Shown: positions 35,778 through 36,335 of the stretch, piece by piece
How the letters are laid out: each line of letters begins with the position of its first letter
Numbering within the stretch: the stretch's first letter is position 1
NCBI GenBank assembly: GCA_000697335.1
Contig: JNEM01011310.1
Span: forward strand, 1 to 36,335
Direction of reading: 5' to 3'
Origin: Conidiobolus incongruus B7586
Lineage: Eukaryota
Length of the DNA: 36,335 nucleotides
Translations under genes and position numbers: made by a program
Notes under the pieces: generated by a model
Databases searched by the model: none
Told to the model about the DNA's origin: nothing
What the model saw: only the letters and a program-made list of their open reading frames with translations

Positions 35778-36335
35778 TATTACCTTGAATTTGAAGTAAT
35801 GGGAAATTTTTTGATTTCTGATTTTTCAAACATATTATTAGTTTGAAATAAATAAATATATACAAAGTTAATAGGAAATTATATATTTTTAATATATATA
35901 TATAATAATTTTTTTTAATTAAAAAATTAACTTTTTAAAATTGGTTGTTTAATTTAATTATATTTAAACTAAATAGTAATCATTAAAAGTTTTTTATTTT
36001 GATATTAATAAAACTTAACTCTAAGCCTTTTAAAATTATTTAAAATTTACAAATAATTTTTAATAATAAAGTATTATCTAAATTAATAATTTATTATTAA
36101 GTAAATTACTTTTAAATTTAAAGAAAAATTATTTAAAACCTGTTAAATTTTAAAAGATTAACTTTAATTATTATTTTTTTTATTGTTAATAAAATAAAAA
36201 AATATATTGAAAAACACCTTTTTATTTTAGTTAAAGAATTATTTAAGCACTTTAATATTAGTTTTACAAGTATTTTATATATATTAAAGTTTAAACTCAA
36301 ATTAATAAATAAAAATATAAAATAAATATCTTATA
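35778..36335 (-). repeat. Dispersed repeat copy B (inverted relative to 24863-25420), running off the window end
   Basis: Reverse complement aligns to copy A along its length, e.g. AACTAATAATATGTTTGAAAAATCAGAAAT(C/T)AAAAAATTTCCCATT. Confidence 0.92.

Overview
Very AT-rich eukaryotic nuclear DNA with short (47-69 nt) GT-AG introns, most consistent with an early-diverging fungus (Zoopagomycota/Entomophthorales-like; inference only). Genes reconstructed by hand, in order: a DUF3020 protein (+); ERB1/BOP1 (-, 8 exons); a divergently transcribed DONSON-like gene (+, 2 exons); a PIF1-family helicase (-, 6 exons); Pol epsilon subunit B DPB2/POLE2 (-, 3 exons); three tandem intronless aminoacylase-1 (M20A) copies with signal peptides (two intact, one pseudogene); a 168-aa coiled-coil gene that appears to be a truncated paralog of its neighbour; a 764-aa coiled-coil protein with an ICE1-like C-terminal domain; and CAB2/PPCS (-, 7 exons). 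Highlights: (1) CAB2 intron 2 is a clear U12-type AT-AC minor-spliceosome intron; (2) DONSON-like and ICE1-like genes, normally regarded as animal-type machinery absent from model yeasts, are present; (3) DONSON, PIF1 and DPB2 are adjacent, and PIF1 and DPB2 have SCB/MCB G1/S elements upstream; (4) a >550-bp inverted duplication differs almost only by C:G/T:A transitions in both copies (RIP-like); (5) ACY1 appears secreted and one copy has lost a Zn ligand. Intergenic DNA holds several decayed coding relics. All family assignments come from motif recognition, not database searches.
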